Source: an uncultured Acidobacteriota bacterium (GTDB taxonomy: Bacteria > Acidobacteriota > Thermoanaerobaculia > Gp7-AA8). From it: a stretch of DNA of 64,000 bases. The DNA lies in the NCBI GenBank assembly GCA_963741955.1, contig CAVUKB010000005.1, positions 288,001 to 352,000 of the forward strand. The letters run 5' to 3'. How positions within the stretch are numbered: position 1 is the first letter of the stretch; each line of letters opens with the position of its first letter. Below, piece by piece: positions 49,327 through 59,165 of the stretch. Position numbers and translations under genes: made by a program. The notes under the pieces are model-generated. The model worked only from the letters and a program-made list of their open reading frames with translations. It did not search any database and was not told where the DNA came from.

Positions 49327-51060
49327 ATGTCTGACCGAGCCGCCACCCGCAGGCCCCGCCTGCTCTGGACGCTACTCGCGGCCCTGATCCTCGTCAGCGT
49401 TCCTCCCCTCCTGATCTCGCATTACTTCCTGATCGGGATCAACCGTGATTCGCTCGAAACGCTGGAGAAGAAGTACCTGACCCGTTCAGCGGTCGGGATC
49501 GCCAGCGACGTCCAGAACCTGGTCTGGAGTTATAAACAGCAGCTCACCAGCATCGCGGCCGGCTTCGTCACCACCGAGGATCTGCTCCCCGCGGGGAAGG
49601 ACCTCGTGACGTACGCAGCCGAGGCGAATCTGATTTCCGGGTACACGAACTCCGATCCCGATCTTCTGGCGCTGCGAGTGGTGAATCGCAAGGGGCGGGG
49701 TGCCGGAGCGCAGCCCGACGGGTTGAATGCGGCCGTGGTCGACGAAATGAACCAGGCCGCGGCGGTGGCCTTACAAGGTCAGCCGTATGTCGGCCATTTT
49801 CAGTACGTTGCGGTCCTGAATCAGCCGGCGGTGGTGATCGCAGTACCGATGATCGACGCGAGCGGAACCGTCTCGGGTACGCTCGAGGCGCTGGTCAGCC
49901 TGCGCAAGATCGCCGACCGGGTGCGCGAAGAGGGGAAGGGAGACGTGACGGCTTTCGTCGTCGACCGCTCCGGCCGCGTGCTGATCCACAGCGAGCCGGC
50001 AATCAGCGTTCAGCGACCCGATTTCTCGAATCTCAAGATCGTCCAGGAATACATGAAGGCGCCGGTCCGCCTCACTGAGTCCTACCGTGCACCCTCGGGA
50101 ACCGAGATGGTGAACATGCTCGGAACCGTTGCCCCGGTATCGACTCCGGATTGGGGAGTGATCGTCCAGAAGGAAGAGTCCAAGGCGTTCGCCTCGGTGC
50201 GGAAGATGATGCGAGGGACGATCGAATGGATCAGCGTCGCCATCCTTCTCGCGATCGTGGTGGGCGTCGGGTTCGCGACCGGCATCTCGAGACCGATCCG
50301 CATTCTCGCCGACCGGACCCGGGAGATCGCCTCAGGGAATTACCAGCAGCGGGTCGAAGTCCGCTCGAGAAACGAGATCGGTGAGCTCGCCGACAACTTC
50401 AACAGCATGTCGCAGGAGATCGAGAAGTCGATCGAGCAGCTGAAAAAGGCGGCGAACGAGAATCATCTCCTCTTCATCAACTCCATCCGGATGCTCGCTG
50501 CCGCGATCGACGCGAAGGATCCTTACACCCGCGGCCACTCCGAGCGCGTCGCGCGCTACTCGATCGCGATCGGAAAGCATCTCGACCTCTCTCCCGACGA
50601 GTTGCGGAATCTCCGGATCAGCGCACTTCTCCACGACGTTGGAAAGATCGGCATCGACGATCGGATTCTGCGGAAGCCGGGGGCGCTGACCGACGAAGAA
50701 TTCGAAGTCATGAAAACCCATCCGGAAAAGGGTGCTGCGATCATGGGCGGAGTTCCGCAGCTGGCCAACTGCATTCCCGGAATGCGGTACCATCATGAGA
50801 AATGGGCGGGCGGCGGTTATCCCGACGGGGTCAAGGGCGAACAGATCCCACTTCAGGCGCGCATCGTCGCGGTTGCAGACACGTTCGACGCCATGACCAC
50901 GAACCGCCCCTACCAGAAGGCGATGGAGCTCGGATACGTGGTGGAGAAGATCGTCAGTTTCGCCACCACCCGATTCGATCCGCGCGTGGTGCAGGCGTTC
51001 GTCAAGGCCGTCAAGCACAACGAGATCCAGGTGGAAGAACAGATCCGGGGAGCGGCCTGA
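49327..51060 (+). CDS. Membrane HD-GYP phosphodiesterase with Cache-like sensor and HAMP domains
   Basis: DAKDPYTRGHSERV, LHDVGKIG, HHEKWAGGGYP, ADTFDAMTTNRPY. Confidence 0.92.
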   Translation: MSDRAATRRPRLLWTLLAALILVSVPPLLISHYFLIGINRDSLETLEKKYLTRSAVGIASDVQNLVWSYKQQLTSIAAGFVTTEDLLPAGKDLVTYAAEANLISGYTNSDPDLLALRVVNRKGRGAGAQPDGLNAAVVDEMNQAAAVALQGQPYVGHFQYVAVLNQPAVVIAVPMIDASGTVSGTLEALVSLRKIADRVREEGKGDVTAFVVDRSGRVLIHSEPAISVQRPDFSNLKIVQEYMKAPVRLTESYRAPSGTEMVNMLGTVAPVSTPDWGVIVQKEESKAFASVRKMMRGTIEWISVAILLAIVVGVGFATGISRPIRILADRTREIASGNYQQRVEVRSRNEIGELADNFNSMSQEIEKSIEQLKKAANENHLLFINSIRMLAAAIDAKDPYTRGHSERVARYSIAIGKHLDLSPDELRNLRISALLHDVGKIGIDDRILRKPGALTDEEFEVMKTHPEKGAAIMGGVPQLANCIPGMRYHHEKWAGGGYPDGVKGEQIPLQARIVAVADTFDAMTTNRPYQKAMELGYVVEKIVSFATTRFDPRVVQAFVKAVKHNEIQVEEQIRGAA

Positions 51061-51068
51061 TCACGTTG

Positions 51069-51797
51069 ATGCGTGTCGCTATCGCGATCACTCTCCTCGT
51101 ATGGGCAGCACCGGTCCTCCGGGCGCAATCATCGGACGGAGAGTGCCGCCTCGGGGCCTACTATCTCGCCCGCGGTGACTTCGCACGAGCGTTGACCACT
51201 CTCGATTCCTATGTTTCCGACCGCTCCTCTCCCGCCTCCGATCTGAACCTTCGCGGCATCGCGGAGATGATGAGTGGCCAGCCCGACCGGGCGGCGGAAA
51301 CGTTCGCTCTGGCGATGAAGAAGGATCCCGACTCTCAGCAGGCCCGTTTCAATCATGGCCTCGCTCTCCTGAAATCAAAGAGCTTCGCCGCGGCGATTCC
51401 CGATTTCGCCTCCGTGTACGAGAAGGCGTCGAGCGCCGGACTGAAGGCCCGTGCGGCGTATCACCTCGCGCTCGCGGAATGCGGTCTGCTCCGCTACGAT
51501 GAGGCGACGAAATGGCTCGAGTTTGCCGTCCGACTCGATCCGTCGATCGATGACGCATGGTTGTTTCTGGGCGTTGCATACGAGCACCAGAACCGTTTCC
51601 AGCAGGCGGGCCGGGCATATCGTGTGTATCTCGACCGGCATCCCGATTCCATTGTGGCCATGCTCCGGTTCGGCGTTGCGGCACTGCGTGACGGGGCGAT
51701 CGATACCGCAAAGAGCTATCTGCGCAAGGTGGTGGATCGGGCTCCGTCGAGCGTCGAATCCGCGGAGGCGCGGAAATACCTCGTGATGTGGGAGTGA
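51069..51797 (+). CDS. Secreted TPR protein
   Basis: Signal peptide and several TPR-like repeats. Confidence 0.75.
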   Translation: MRVAIAITLLVWAAPVLRAQSSDGECRLGAYYLARGDFARALTTLDSYVSDRSSPASDLNLRGIAEMMSGQPDRAAETFALAMKKDPDSQQARFNHGLALLKSKSFAAAIPDFASVYEKASSAGLKARAAYHLALAECGLLRYDEATKWLEFAVRLDPSIDDAWLFLGVAYEHQNRFQQAGRAYRVYLDRHPDSIVAMLRFGVAALRDGAIDTAKSYLRKVVDRAPSSVESAEARKYLVMWE

Positions 51798-51800
51798 TGC

Positions 51801-52163
51801 GTGGTCTTTAGCAAGATTCTGAATGACATGGTCCATTCCACTCGGGGCGCCGTCGGTGCGGCCTTCCTCGACCATCAGGGTGAGGCCGTCGAGCTCGTCG
51901 CTTCCGGCCTCGAACCGTACGACGTCCAGGTGATCGGTGCCTACCAGGGAATCTTCCTCGGTCAGCTGGAAGAGCTCTGCCGACGCCTCGATGGCGGCAC
52001 TCCCCTCCGGACGAAATTCTCCTGGGAGAGTTTCAGTCTCCTCAATACCGTGGTGGACGACGGATATTATGTAGTGCTGGTTCTCGCTGACTCAGCTCAC
52101 GAAGGACTGGCATGGCAGCGGCTAGAAGAATGCCGCAAGCGAATTCTGGAGGAGATCGGTTGA
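51801..52163 (+). CDS. Roadblock/LC7 (MglB/MglC-like) protein
   Basis: GAVGAAFLDHQGEAV and YYVVLVL pattern, 120 aa. Confidence 0.7.
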   Translation: MVFSKILNDMVHSTRGAVGAAFLDHQGEAVELVASGLEPYDVQVIGAYQGIFLGQLEELCRRLDGGTPLRTKFSWESFSLLNTVVDDGYYVVLVLADSAHEGLAWQRLEECRKRILEEIG

Positions 52164-52966
52164 AACAATCGCAAGCGCCGGGTGGTCGGATCGACTACAT
52201 CGATACGGGCCAGGGCGTACCGTTTCTCTGGATCCACGGCTTTCCGCTCTCTTCCGCTGTTTTCGAGTCGCAGCTCGAGATCGGAGGGGTCCGACACATC
52301 GTTCCGGATCTTCCCGGATTCGGAAACTCTCCCCATCAGCCGAGCCTCGCGATCGACGACTACGCGAAACGTCTTCTCGCACTTCTCGACGACCTTGGGG
52401 TCGATACTGCGGTCGTCGGGGGTCTCTCGATGGGAGGATACATCGCACTCGCGCTCGCGCGGTTGGAACCACGACGCCTCCGGGCGCTCGTTCTGATCGA
52501 CTCGCGTGAGGTCCCGGATACTCCCGAAGGACGGGAAAACCGTTGGAAGCAGATCGAGACTGTTAAGAACGAAGGGACCACTCAACTGATCGAGCAGATG
52601 CTTCCGAAGATGCTCTCGCCGCGAACGCTTGCCGCCGCCGGCGAAGAGAGTCGAAAGGTTCGCGCGATCATGGAGTCGGCGTCGAAAGAGGGTGTGATGA
52701 CGGCCCTCGCCGCCATGGCGGTGCGCGGCGATTCGAGCGCGGCCTTGCGGGATCTCGACGTGCCGTTGCTGGTGACCGTCGGAGACGAAGACACGATCAC
52801 TTCGGTCGAGGATGCGCAGAGGATGCAGTCACTCGCCCGGATCGCTTCGATCGAGATCATTCCGGGAGCGGCTCATCTCTCGAATCTCGAGCGCCCCCGG
52901 GAGTTCAACCAGGCCGTGAGCGGCTTCCTTCGCCGCCATGGGATTCTTTCCGGAGAGGGACGATGA
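52160..52966 (+). CDS. Alpha/beta hydrolase (PcaD-like)
   Basis: IHGFPL, DLPGFG, GLSMGGY, GDED, AHLSNLE; TTG start. Confidence 0.85.
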   Translation: MKQSQAPGGRIDYIDTGQGVPFLWIHGFPLSSAVFESQLEIGGVRHIVPDLPGFGNSPHQPSLAIDDYAKRLLALLDDLGVDTAVVGGLSMGGYIALALARLEPRRLRALVLIDSREVPDTPEGRENRWKQIETVKNEGTTQLIEQMLPKMLSPRTLAAAGEESRKVRAIMESASKEGVMTALAAMAVRGDSSAALRDLDVPLLVTVGDEDTITSVEDAQRMQSLARIASIEIIPGAAHLSNLERPREFNQAVSGFLRRHGILSGEGR

Positions 52967-53415
52967 TGCGCATGTCCCGCATCCTCTCCTCGGTTCTCCT
53001 CGTCGCTCCGCTCGTCGGGTGCAACCCGGCGGTGCGAACACCGCAGCCTGCGGCGCAACAGGTCCGGACGATCGAGAACACTCCGATCGACGGCATTCCC
53101 ATCGAACAGCCTCCGACCACCGAACCGGTGCAGACCACCACCGCTTCCGCCACGACCGCTGCGGCGGGCAACGAAAAGGGACGTGACGAGGGGCCCGGAA
53201 TGAAGACCGGCCTCCCTCCGATCAATCCCAAGACTCTCCCCTTTTCTCCTCCCATCGCCATGGATCCGGTCGACGGCGCCAAGATTGCGATCACTCCCTC
53301 CACCCCCTACGTGGAGTACAAGGGGAAGTACTACTACTTCGGTACGCGGGAAAACGAGCGTGCGTTCGTCGCCGATCCGGAGAAGTATCTCCACGGCCAG
53401 CTGGTGCACTTCTAG
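52963..53415 (+). CDS. YHS-domain lipoprotein
   Basis: LVGC lipobox; DPVDG...EYKGKYYYF...FVADPEKY. Confidence 0.8.
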   Translation: MMRMSRILSSVLLVAPLVGCNPAVRTPQPAAQQVRTIENTPIDGIPIEQPPTTEPVQTTTASATTAAAGNEKGRDEGPGMKTGLPPINPKTLPFSPPIAMDPVDGAKIAITPSTPYVEYKGKYYYFGTRENERAFVADPEKYLHGQLVHF

Positions 53416-53446
53416 CCCGTCACGGAGAGCCGTCTCCGTCGGGCGT

Positions 53447-53832
53447 GGACCCTCTGATCCGCGTGCGGTGATCGGGGTCAGAGCCGATTGAGTCGATTAC
53501 TGCGGCAGAAGCGGAGCGGGTCGCCAGATTGACTGAGGCTCGCGGGATCCGCGACTTATCTCTTCATCTGGTACAACACCATCCTCGCTGCAGATCCCGT
53601 GATCGGGGAAAGCAGGGTCAGAGCCGATTGTATGCCTGGACCCTCTGATCCGCATGCGGTGATCGGGGTCAGGGTGATCGGGGTCAGAGCGCATTACGCG
53701 GTGATCGGGGTCAGAGCCGATTGAGTCGATTACTGCGGCAGAAGCGGAGCGGGTCGCCAGATTGACTGAGGCTCGCGGGATCCGCGACTTATCTCTTCAT
53801 CTGGTACAACACGATCCTCGCTGCAGATCCCG
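53447..53832 (+). repeat. GGGGTCAGAG REP cluster with a 135-bp near-perfect direct duplication
   Basis: 53465-53599 and 53698-53832 differ at one base by eye; several ATCGGGGTCAG units. Confidence 0.8.
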
Positions 53833-53962
53833 CCGAGCGGCATTCGCTTCCAATTCCGGTTCGTCCTTCCCGCGCGATCCTCCCCTTCGGCCGCTCCGGG
53901 CGAAACAGGACGTGAACTACGAGACCATGCCCGGGAGGCGGACGGCGGTGAACGATCGGCAC

Positions 53963-54409
53963 TCAGCGGACGGTCGGCGGGAGAAAAGGGCCGAATCCTT
54001 GCCAGATCTCCTTCGGCACGGTGGTCGGACGGCGGGTCCGTGCATCCACCCACAGGTGGCTGCTGAATCCGCGTGCACATGAGGCGGAGCCGGTTGCGTC
54101 GCACAACTCGTACGCGAAACGGAGAGCACGACTACCCGCGCTCTCGATCGAGGTCCGGATCACGACTTCGTCGTCGTAGCGGAACGGACTGAGATAGCGG
54201 CACCCGACTTCCACCACGACCAGCATCCACCCTGCAGCCTCGATCTCGCGATAGCTCAGGCCAGCTTCCCGGCAGAGATCCGTCCTTCCGATCTCGAACC
54301 AGACGATGTGGTTCGAGTGGTGGGCGATACCCATCTGGTCGGTCTCTTTGTAGCGGACTCTGATCCGGCTTTCAGTGTGGCGTCTCGATTCGCTGGTCGT
54401 CTTCACCAT
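53963..54409 (-). CDS. Acyl-CoA thioesterase (YbgC/4HBT family)
   Basis: VRYKETDQMGIAHHSN, WFEIGR; AAGGAG SD. Confidence 0.88.
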   Translation of the reverse strand: MVKTTSESRRHTESRIRVRYKETDQMGIAHHSNHIVWFEIGRTDLCREAGLSYREIEAAGWMLVVVEVGCRYLSPFRYDDEVVIRTSIESAGSRALRFAYELCDATGSASCARGFSSHLWVDARTRRPTTVPKEIWQGFGPFLPPTVR

Positions 54410-54586
54410 CGCTCCTTCGTGCGTATTATGCAGGGGAATCATCGGAGGCGGATGTGCGGCGCGGGCTGGAAGATCTCAGCGACGCGATCAGGAGGTTCGA
54501 CCGCCACGAACCGAGAAGATCGCCTCTTCGCCGAGCGGCGAGGAGCGCGCCTTCCGGCGTTCCCGGAGCGGGGGCAATCCCGAAGC

Positions 54587-55795
54587 TCACACCCGCAGCG
54601 AGCGATCGCCCTTGCAGAAGCTCACGGGACGTCCGCTGTCGTCGATCCAGAGAGTGTCTTCGATGCGCACGCCGATCTTCTCGTCCGGGAAATAGAGTCC
54701 CGGCTCGATGGTGAGGACGTCGCCGACCTCGATCAGATCGAGGTTCGACGGGGCAATCGAGAACGAGGGCCGCTCGTGGACCTGAAGGCCGACCCCGTGC
54801 CCCAGGAGGTGCACATATCCGTGATCCGTCTTCGGATCGCTGCGAAGAGTCGGATAGCCTCGCTCTTCGAAGTAGTCGCAGACGAGGTTCTGGTAGTCCG
54901 ATGCTCGCGTGCCGGCTTTCATGGAGTCGCGGGCTCTTTCGAACGCCGCGAGCACATCGGCGTGAATCTCTCCGAGTCGTGCCGGAATCTCGCCCGGACA
55001 GAGCGTGCGAGTCAGGTCGAAGAAGTAGCCGCTCTGCCGGTCCGCAGGGAAAATGTCGATTACCAGCGGGACGGACGCACGCACGGGATCCTCGGGCGTT
55101 CCGCGGGAGTGGGGCACCGCCGCGTCGAATCCCTGAGAGACGATGGTCTCGTGGTCTTCGACCATCCCGAGACGAACGATCTCCGTCGAGACCAGGGTCT
55201 TGAGGTCTCCGATGAGGAGCCGCTTCCCGTTCGTGTACAGCTCTCCGGAGCGAATCTCGGATGAGCGGAGCAGATCCCGAACGCTCTGGACAACCTGCTC
55301 GGTCCGTTCAGCAACGCTCGCGATCGCCTCGATCTCGTGCGGCTCTTTCCTCTTCCGGGCGAGCGCGAGGTAGTCCTCGCCCACTCCATGGTGGATCGGG
55401 ATTCCTTCCTGCTCGAGCCGGGGAACCACTTCGGCGTAAAGATCCACCGGCCCGAGTCCGTAAAACGCGAACGGCCCGGGAAGTGAGAGATCCGCGAAGA
55501 TGCGGCGAAAGAACCGGCTCCACGCATCGACCGGAGTCGACGCGTCACGGAAGATCGCCGGCTGATCGAAGTCGAGAACGGAGCGGGTCGGCAGACCGAC
55601 GCTGCCCGCCTCTTCACGCTCCATGGGATAGTGGAGCAGCAGAGGCTCGGAGCCGCGCGATTTCAAGACATGACCCCTGGTCAGTGCGGCTCCGCGAGTG
55701 AGCCAGCGGAACGAAGGGTCGAGCGCTTCGTGCATCGACACCACGATGGTGCCGATGCCGGCGGAGGACATGAGCGTGTCGAGGTCGGAAAGCAT
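54587..55795 (-). CDS. M24 family Xaa-Pro peptidase
   Basis: PH motif, DIFP, DLTRT, HLLGHGVGLQVHE, TIEPGLY, GVRIED. Confidence 0.9.
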   Translation of the reverse strand: MLSDLDTLMSSAGIGTIVVSMHEALDPSFRWLTRGAALTRGHVLKSRGSEPLLLHYPMEREEAGSVGLPTRSVLDFDQPAIFRDASTPVDAWSRFFRRIFADLSLPGPFAFYGLGPVDLYAEVVPRLEQEGIPIHHGVGEDYLALARKRKEPHEIEAIASVAERTEQVVQSVRDLLRSSEIRSGELYTNGKRLLIGDLKTLVSTEIVRLGMVEDHETIVSQGFDAAVPHSRGTPEDPVRASVPLVIDIFPADRQSGYFFDLTRTLCPGEIPARLGEIHADVLAAFERARDSMKAGTRASDYQNLVCDYFEERGYPTLRSDPKTDHGYVHLLGHGVGLQVHERPSFSIAPSNLDLIEVGDVLTIEPGLYFPDEKIGVRIEDTLWIDDSGRPVSFCKGDRSLRV

Positions 55796-55805
55796 CGTCC
55801 GCAGC

Positions 55806-56132
55806 TCAGAGGTTCCGCTCGATGAACTTCTTCAGCTCGTTCTTCGGGAGGAGTCCGACCGCGCGGTCCGCGACCTGACCGTTCTTGAAGATGATCAGAG
55901 TCGGGATCGCGGTGACCTGAAACCGCTGGGCAACTCCCGGGTTGTCGTCGACATTCATCTTCACCATCTTCGCTTTGCCTTCGTACGACGGCGCCAGCTC
56001 CTCGATGATCGGTCCGATCACCCGGCAGGGGCCGCACCACGGCGCCCAGAAATCGATCAGCGTCGGCTTGTCCGACTGCAGAACGTCCTGCTCGAAACTC
56101 TGATCCGAAACTTCGTGCACGTGATCGGCCAT
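55806..56132 (-). CDS. trxA: Thioredoxin
   Basis: DFWAPWCGPC, IPTL; AAAGGAG SD. Confidence 0.95.
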   Translation of the reverse strand: MADHVHEVSDQSFEQDVLQSDKPTLIDFWAPWCGPCRVIGPIIEELAPSYEGKAKMVKMNVDDNPGVAQRFQVTAIPTLIIFKNGQVADRAVGLLPKNELKKFIERNL

Positions 56133-56456
56133 CCGGTGACTCTCCTTTTGCGACTGATCGGCCTGCGGAAAAATCTCCCGCCGCGGCTCATTCGCCCTAT
56201 GTTATAGAAATCCGCTCCTCCCATCGAGCGACGATCGTCCGTACGTTCGGCATCGTACTGATCGTTGCTGTCCGCCCACTGATGCGAGAGAATCGCCCTG
56301 ATCGGGCGGAGGCGCCGAGCGAATCCTGAAACCCATTCCCCGAAGGTCCAGCAAGAGAGTCTTCCCTTCCCTGGTTTCGCGGGCTCATCCTGGCACGCCA
56401 TACGCAGTAAAGATGTAAATAACCCGCCGGCTCAGGCCGCCGGGATCACCTTTGAT

Positions 56457-57185
56457 ATGCCCGAACGAAGAAAAGAGAAGCGCCCTGCGTCTTCGGATCG
56501 CCGGTCGTTCCCGCGTCCTCCCCTCTGGTTGAATCTCACCGTTCTGATTCTGGCGCTCACGCTGGTCTCGGTCGCCAAGATCCACCGAATCAGACTCAAT
56601 CAACAGTTTCAACATTTCGTCGCGGCGGACCAGAGTTCCCCCGAGGAGCTTCGGCAGCTGCGGAATCAGCTGGCGTCGATGGATCTGAGCCGAGAGGAGA
56701 TGAAACAGGAGCTCGACAGCCGGCTCGGAATGATCGAAGGGCTGCGATCGGACGAGTTCTACCTGTCGATCGACCACGCGCGGGGAAAGCTCTATCTGTA
56801 TTACGGAGACAAGATCATACGCGAAGCAGATGTCCGCGTCGGCTCTTCTGCGACGATCCGCACCCGCGACGGAGCGAAGCAATGGACGTTCGTTCCTCTT
56901 CGCGGCGCGTTCCGAGTGACTGGAAAACGGGTTGGACTCGACTGGAAGATACCCGAATGGGTTTACGTCCGTGAGGGGCGTCCCGTTCCCGCCGAACGTC
57001 CGTCCATCGAAGGCGGCCTCGGAAACTACGTGATCTTCCTTCCGAATCATTACGTCATCCATTCGCCGCCGGCCGACTCGAGCCCTCTCCGCGGACCGAA
57101 ACCGGGGTCATTCATGGTTCCGGAAGAAGATCTCCGAGCGATATGGCCGCGAATTGAAAAGGGAATGCAGGTCTACATCTTTTAG
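56457..57185 (+). CDS. L,D-transpeptidase-like (YkuD) protein lacking the catalytic Cys
   Basis: TM plus coiled coil; YkuD pattern (RGAFRV, WKIPEW, YVIH), but PGSFMV replaces SHGCxR. Confidence 0.7.
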   Translation: MPERRKEKRPASSDRRSFPRPPLWLNLTVLILALTLVSVAKIHRIRLNQQFQHFVAADQSSPEELRQLRNQLASMDLSREEMKQELDSRLGMIEGLRSDEFYLSIDHARGKLYLYYGDKIIREADVRVGSSATIRTRDGAKQWTFVPLRGAFRVTGKRVGLDWKIPEWVYVREGRPVPAERPSIEGGLGNYVIFLPNHYVIHSPPADSSPLRGPKPGSFMVPEEDLRAIWPRIEKGMQVYIF

Positions 57186-57190
57186 GAGAG

Positions 57191-58129
57191 ATGATGTCAC
57201 GGTGGATCGGACTACTCGGATCATGGGCGCTTCTCGTGCTCGCAGTCGGCTTGCTGGTGATCGGCGCGACGGCCGAGACCATGAACGTCCGTGAATCGCG
57301 CCAGTTCAGAAGGATCGAATTCATCGACGACCTCGCCTCGGCGAGGATCGCAAAAGAGGTGACGGATCTCCGGCAGAACCGTGCAGCCGCGGCGGCTCGG
57401 GTGCAGAGCCTCCGGACGAAAGTGGCGGCCAGCGACCAACAGATCGATGACCTTCAGGATCCTGGACAGGTAATCACGGTCTCGACCGCCGAGAATCGCG
57501 TCTACCTCCGTCGTGGAAACAAGGTCGTTTTCAAGGCGGTCTGCTCGACCGGAAAGGGCACGGTCCTGGTCGATCAGGGACATACCATCGTCTTCAACAC
57601 CCCGGTCGGCAAGTTCCGGATCAAATCCAAGGAAGAGCACCCGACGTGGGTTCCACCCGACTGGTACTACGTCGAAGAAGCCCGGAAGAACGGGATGCGC
57701 GTCGTGCATCTCAATCGTGGCGATCGGATCGACGCCGACACCGGCGGTCCGGTACGCTCGAGCCGTGGTGGAGGATTCTGGTCGGTCTTCGGTGAAGATC
57801 CGTCTCCCGGGACTCGTGAGGTCATGCGCGTGTCAGGAAAGAACGTGGTGATCGACTCCGGAGGAACGACCCGTACGCTTCCAGCCGGGCACCTGATCAC
57901 GGCGGGCGACGCTGTGATCGTCCCTCCCATCGGCACCGCGCCGCGCGAGTATCCGGATGTTCTCGGCGTGCGCCGTCTGAATCTGGGCGACGGCTACGCG
58001 CTTCACGGCACGAACGCGGAAGAGCAGTTGGGAAGCAGCGTCTCTCACGGATGCGTGCGGCTGTCGAACGAGAACATCGAGCGTTTGTACGACATGGTGA
58101 ATGTCGGTGACGAAGTGGTCATCTACTAG
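57191..58129 (+). CDS. L,D-transpeptidase (YkuD family)
   Basis: CSTG, TPVGKF, PTWVPP, YALHGT...SHGCVRL. Confidence 0.9.
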   Translation: MMSRWIGLLGSWALLVLAVGLLVIGATAETMNVRESRQFRRIEFIDDLASARIAKEVTDLRQNRAAAAARVQSLRTKVAASDQQIDDLQDPGQVITVSTAENRVYLRRGNKVVFKAVCSTGKGTVLVDQGHTIVFNTPVGKFRIKSKEEHPTWVPPDWYYVEEARKNGMRVVHLNRGDRIDADTGGPVRSSRGGGFWSVFGEDPSPGTREVMRVSGKNVVIDSGGTTRTLPAGHLITAGDAVIVPPIGTAPREYPDVLGVRRLNLGDGYALHGTNAEEQLGSSVSHGCVRLSNENIERLYDMVNVGDEVVIY

Positions 58130-58310
58130 CCCGCATTTCTCACACCATCTCGCCGCGAGGAGGCGGAGAGTGGCCTGGATGCAAGGCGCGCGCAGCTTCG
58201 GCGACGAAGGCATAGTGGTGACTATGTTGAGGAGCCGAAGCGGGGCTCAACGCGGCAGACAGGCCGCTATCCGGCTCCGCAGCAGAGATGGTGTGAGAAA
58301 TGCGGGCTAG
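58126..58310. mobile_element. MITE-1: 185 bp with perfect 26-bp terminal inverted repeats including CTAG
   Basis: CTAGCCCGCATTTCTCACACCATCTC ... GAGATGGTGTGAGAAATGCGGGCTAG. Confidence 0.85.
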
Positions 58311-58473
58311 GAGTCTGCGCGGTAGAAACTGTCTTACTGCGAAAGCGGATCAGCGGTCCAAATTCGTCCGGATTCTCGGCGAGTAGCCACCGCTACGCAC
58401 CTCAAATCCGATCGAATTTGGCCTCGCTGCTCCGCTTTCTCGCTACGGACGTTCCTATCGCGCAGACTCCTAG
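58307..58473. mobile_element. MITE-2 (IS1182-associated), 167 bp
   Basis: TIRs CTAGGAGTCTGCGCG(G/A)TAG; inverted close copy at 63656-63822. Confidence 0.88.
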
Positions 58474-58549
58474 CCACTCCCGCGGGCCGGATGCGCGACA
58501 CGACGCGATCGGCATCGCGACTCGTTCCTCTCCGGCATAGAATCTCCCT

Positions 58550-59158
58550 ATGCAGATCTGGCGTGACCGACTGGGGAGATGGCTGCGACCTCTGGCTCGA
58601 CGCTCTCCCCTCTCCCCCAATGCGATCACAGTGGTCGCGCTTCTGCTGAACCTGGCCGCGGCGGTGACTCTCGCGATGGGTCTCATCCATCCGGTTCTCT
58701 TTCTCGTGTCCATCCCCCTCACGGGCGTGGGAGGATTATGCGACGCCCTCGACGGAGCGGTGGCACGTGAGCGTAATCTGCGAACCGACTTCGGCGACTT
58801 TCTCGATCATCTGTTCGATCGAATCAGCGACGCGTCCCTCACCGTCGGATGGATCGTCGGAACGGCGGTTCGGCCCTCGATCGGAGCTGCGGCCGTGGTC
58901 GGGGTGATGCTCAACGGCTACATCGGCACCCAGATTGAAGCGACGTGGGGAAGGCGATCGTACGAAGGTACCGGGCGAGGCGAGTTCATCGTCGCCCTCC
59001 TCGTCTACCCGGTCACGGCGTATCTTCTGGCTCGAAACGGAGCTTCGCAGATGAGATGGCTGACTCTCACCGTCCCCGAATGGCTGACCGCCGCGATGGC
59101 GCTCTTGGCGTTCCTCGGAATCGGCCAACGGTTCAGGGAGGCGTCGCTGCTGGGATGA
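58550..59158 (+). CDS. CDP-alcohol phosphatidyltransferase family
   Basis: SPNAIT and DALDGAVAR....T.FGDFLD..FDRISD motif. Confidence 0.9.
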   Translation: MQIWRDRLGRWLRPLARRSPLSPNAITVVALLLNLAAAVTLAMGLIHPVLFLVSIPLTGVGGLCDALDGAVARERNLRTDFGDFLDHLFDRISDASLTVGWIVGTAVRPSIGAAAVVGVMLNGYIGTQIEATWGRRSYEGTGRGEFIVALLVYPVTAYLLARNGASQMRWLTLTVPEWLTAAMALLAFLGIGQRFREASLLG

Positions 59159-59165
59159 GCGCGGC

